From NCBI GenBank assembly GCA_016926735.1, contig JAFGOA010000006.1, forward strand, positions 1 through 18,120: a stretch of DNA of 18,120 nt, read 5' to 3'. Below the pieces are notes generated by a model. It saw only the letters and a program-made list of their open reading frames with translations. It had not been told where the DNA came from and did not search any database. Position numbers and translations under genes: made by a program. Positions 16,306 to 18,120 of the stretch are shown one piece after another (the stretch's first letter is position 1; each line of letters starts with the position of its first letter). The DNA comes from Promethearchaeota archaeon (GTDB lineage: Archaea > Asgardarchaeota > Lokiarchaeia > Sigyniarchaeales > SOKP01).

Positions 16306-16459
16306 TCTAAGCAACCTCACATATAAGGTGAGAGATCAAATAGACCATAGTATTTAAAGAAAAATAGGTTCAAAACACTTGTTTTTGCACCCTATCCTAA
16401 TTTTTTCTTTAAATAGTTACTTCAATACAATAGTATAAAACTGGCTGTGAGGTACTATT

Positions 16460-16603
16460 ATGAGTATAAAAAAAGAAGTTGTCTATTATAATCGCACTTT
16501 ATTTAATGACTTACGAAGGGCAATTATCGAGCATAGAGCTAAAGATTATGAAGCTCACATAAAAGAGATTCTTAAAATAAATAGAAAAAAAGTTGGATTT
16601 TAG
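16460..16603 (+). CDS. Small hypothetical protein (47 aa)
   Basis: Hand-translated MSIKKEVVYYNRTLFNDLRRAIIEHRAKDYEAHIKEILKINRKKVGF; RBS GTGAGGT ends 6 nt upstream of the ATG. Confidence 0.55.
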   Translation: MSIKKEVVYYNRTLFNDLRRAIIEHRAKDYEAHIKEILKINRKKVGF

Positions 16604-16742
16604 CAGTTTTTATTGCGTATTTAAAGAAAGAAGTAAATAGAATTGTTCCTTTATAAATAACGTGAAAATAATGGGAAGAAGATTATATTTCCATAGTGAA
16701 ATTTTATTTTTTATTTAAATATGCAGACAATAGTGTTATTTT

Positions 16743-16904
16743 ATGAGTATTGAAAAAAATACATTTCTAAATAAGCATATTTTAATTTGCCCCTTTTCCA
16801 ATAGCTGTATTCTTCCCAAGTCAGAAGTGATTTGTGATTTTCCTTGCTATAAAATTTGCCCCGAATATCAACTAAGAGGAGAAAAATTAAAGAAAAGCAA
16901 ATAA
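16743..16904 (+). CDS. Small Cys-rich protein (53 aa), putative metal-binding
   Basis: Hand-translated MSIEKNTFLNKHILICPFSNSCILPKSEVICDFPCYKICPEYQLRGEKLKKSK, with five Cys including CPF and CPEY. Confidence 0.6.
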   Translation: MSIEKNTFLNKHILICPFSNSCILPKSEVICDFPCYKICPEYQLRGEKLKKSK

Positions 16905-17330
16905 AGAGCAATTATAAATATTATTCAAAGAGAATTAGTATAATAGCACTTTTTAATTACCATTAAAATATCATTTTTACTTAATCTGATTGAAAAAGGA
17001 TTGATCATAGGAAGATCAGAACTTCATATTTATCATAGTAATCCCTTTGGTATTCTCTCTATTTATACCATTTTAACACCTTCTACTCTTCTTTTTCCTA
17101 TTAGAATTCCATAAGTATAGCTGTTGAAATGTCAATACAACCAGTCTTTACAGAAGATAGGTTCAAAGCACCTAGTCAATGTCTGCAAGTATCTTCTATT
17201 TATAGGATTAAGAGTGTTTTCAGGGGTTTTTGGATGATTTGATTATTTTCCTTTGAGTTTAAATACTCCATTTGTAATTATATAGTAATAAAATCAAATA
17301 TAATTAACCTAAAAAAAGAGATAACAACAA

Positions 17331-17513
17331 ATGAGTAGTATAATAAAAAAGAAAATACTTACCCAAGAGGAAATAGAAGAAATGATGGAGAGAGCTGTTA
17401 TGGATGATAGTATTTCATGTCCCTACTGTGAATATGGGGATTTAGAGCCTGATTATGAGCTATGCCCAGAGTGTTCGAAGCGAAACCCCTTAAAAACTTT
17501 AGGGTTAATCTAA
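17331..17513 (+). CDS. Small zinc-ribbon protein
   Basis: 60 aa with CPYC-x11-CPEC. Confidence 0.75.
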   Translation: MSSIIKKKILTQEEIEEMMERAVMDDSISCPYCEYGDLEPDYELCPECSKRNPLKTLGLI

Positions 17514-17531
17514 GGGAGGTGATAAAAAACC

Positions 17532-17939
17532 ATGAACAAGACAATTTATGAGAGGATATTTACAAAATTAACCCAGTTTATCGATTTTAAAAGACTTATC
17601 GCCCAAGGATATCTCAACTATAAGAGTGCTGGATGTATGGATCTCCACGTTGATTTTTTGCGATACAGCAACAGAGATGACGATTCTTTTATAATCTCAA
17701 TTGCTCACAATTATAAACATAATGGGGATGTTATGTGTGATCCCGATATGGAAGTGAGGATCTTTAAAAAATACAACATGGCAGAAGCCCTTACCTTCCA
17801 GCAGGACAATTTAGGCGTGTTTCAGAGAGTTTACGACGAGAGCAACAATTTCAATCCAAATCTCAAAAAACAGCTCAACCAGTTCCTTAACCAATGGTTA
17901 TCACACCTTCTCAGTCAAAAGTATTCTATTTCCAATTAA
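17532..17939 (+). CDS. DUF1249/DUF6908-like protein
   Basis: 135 aa. ISIAHNYKHNGDVMCDPDMEVRI...AEALTFQQD...LNQFLNQWL matches the family pattern (AHY..QNGD.M.DP.M...LN.FL..WL). Strong RBS GGAGGTGA. Confidence 0.75.
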   Translation: MNKTIYERIFTKLTQFIDFKRLIAQGYLNYKSAGCMDLHVDFLRYSNRDDDSFIISIAHNYKHNGDVMCDPDMEVRIFKKYNMAEALTFQQDNLGVFQRVYDESNNFNPNLKKQLNQFLNQWLSHLLSQKYSISN

Positions 17940-17949
17940 TTTTTTTTTT
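17940..17949 (+). terminator. T10 tract immediately after the stop, putative terminator
   Basis: Run of ten T directly following the TAA at 17939. Confidence 0.5.
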
Positions 17950-18017
17950 CAAATTATCAAAAATCAAATTAAAATCAAGAAAACACCAAAATAAAAAAAA
18001 GGAGGGATAAAAAAAAA

Positions 18018-18120
18018 TGAAGTTAATCTTTAAAGTTGAGATCGACTCAACAGAGTGGGATAGCGAGACCTTCGACGATTCTTGCTATGATCCCAGCACT
18101 CTTAAGTCGATGTTGTTTGA
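18018..18120 (+). CDS. Hypothetical protein, 5' part only (runs off the window)
   Basis: RBS GGAGGGA at 18001 then ATG at 18018: MKLIFKVEIDSTEWDSETFDDSCYDPSTLKSMLF..., open to the window end. Confidence 0.6.

Noticed and set aside
17150-17200. Possible tRNA or tRNA fragment (GGTTCAAA resembles a T-loop)
   Set aside because: The T-stem does not pair in tRNA register, and no acceptor, D or anticodon arms can be built.

Overview
This is a very AT-rich, gene-dense window. Its gene content and signals (Roadblock/LAMTOR domain, stand-alone TIR and LRR proteins, GGTGA/GAGGT-type ribosome-binding sites, oligo-T tracts after genes) suggest an Asgard, Lokiarchaeia-like archaeon; this is inference. The core is a tightly coupled five-gene operon (1904-12045): SF2 helicase (DrmA-like), DUF1998 protein (DrmB-like), phospholipase-D nuclease (DrmC-like), a large DrmE-like protein, and a cobalamin-binding-type radical SAM enzyme. 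This is a class II DISARM-like antiviral system with no DNA methyltransferase in the window and a B12/radical-SAM gene coupled to it instead, the best candidate for an undescribed system here. Three TIR-domain genes surround it (CAP12/Pycsar-type TIR, TIR-LRR, Roadblock-TIR), along with a gene ending in a truncated GIY-YIG motif and a membrane-anchored surface protein. The right end holds small ORFs (Cys-rich, zinc ribbon, DUF1249/DUF6908-like) that may begin a mobile element. All family assignments come from reading motifs by eye; no searches were run.
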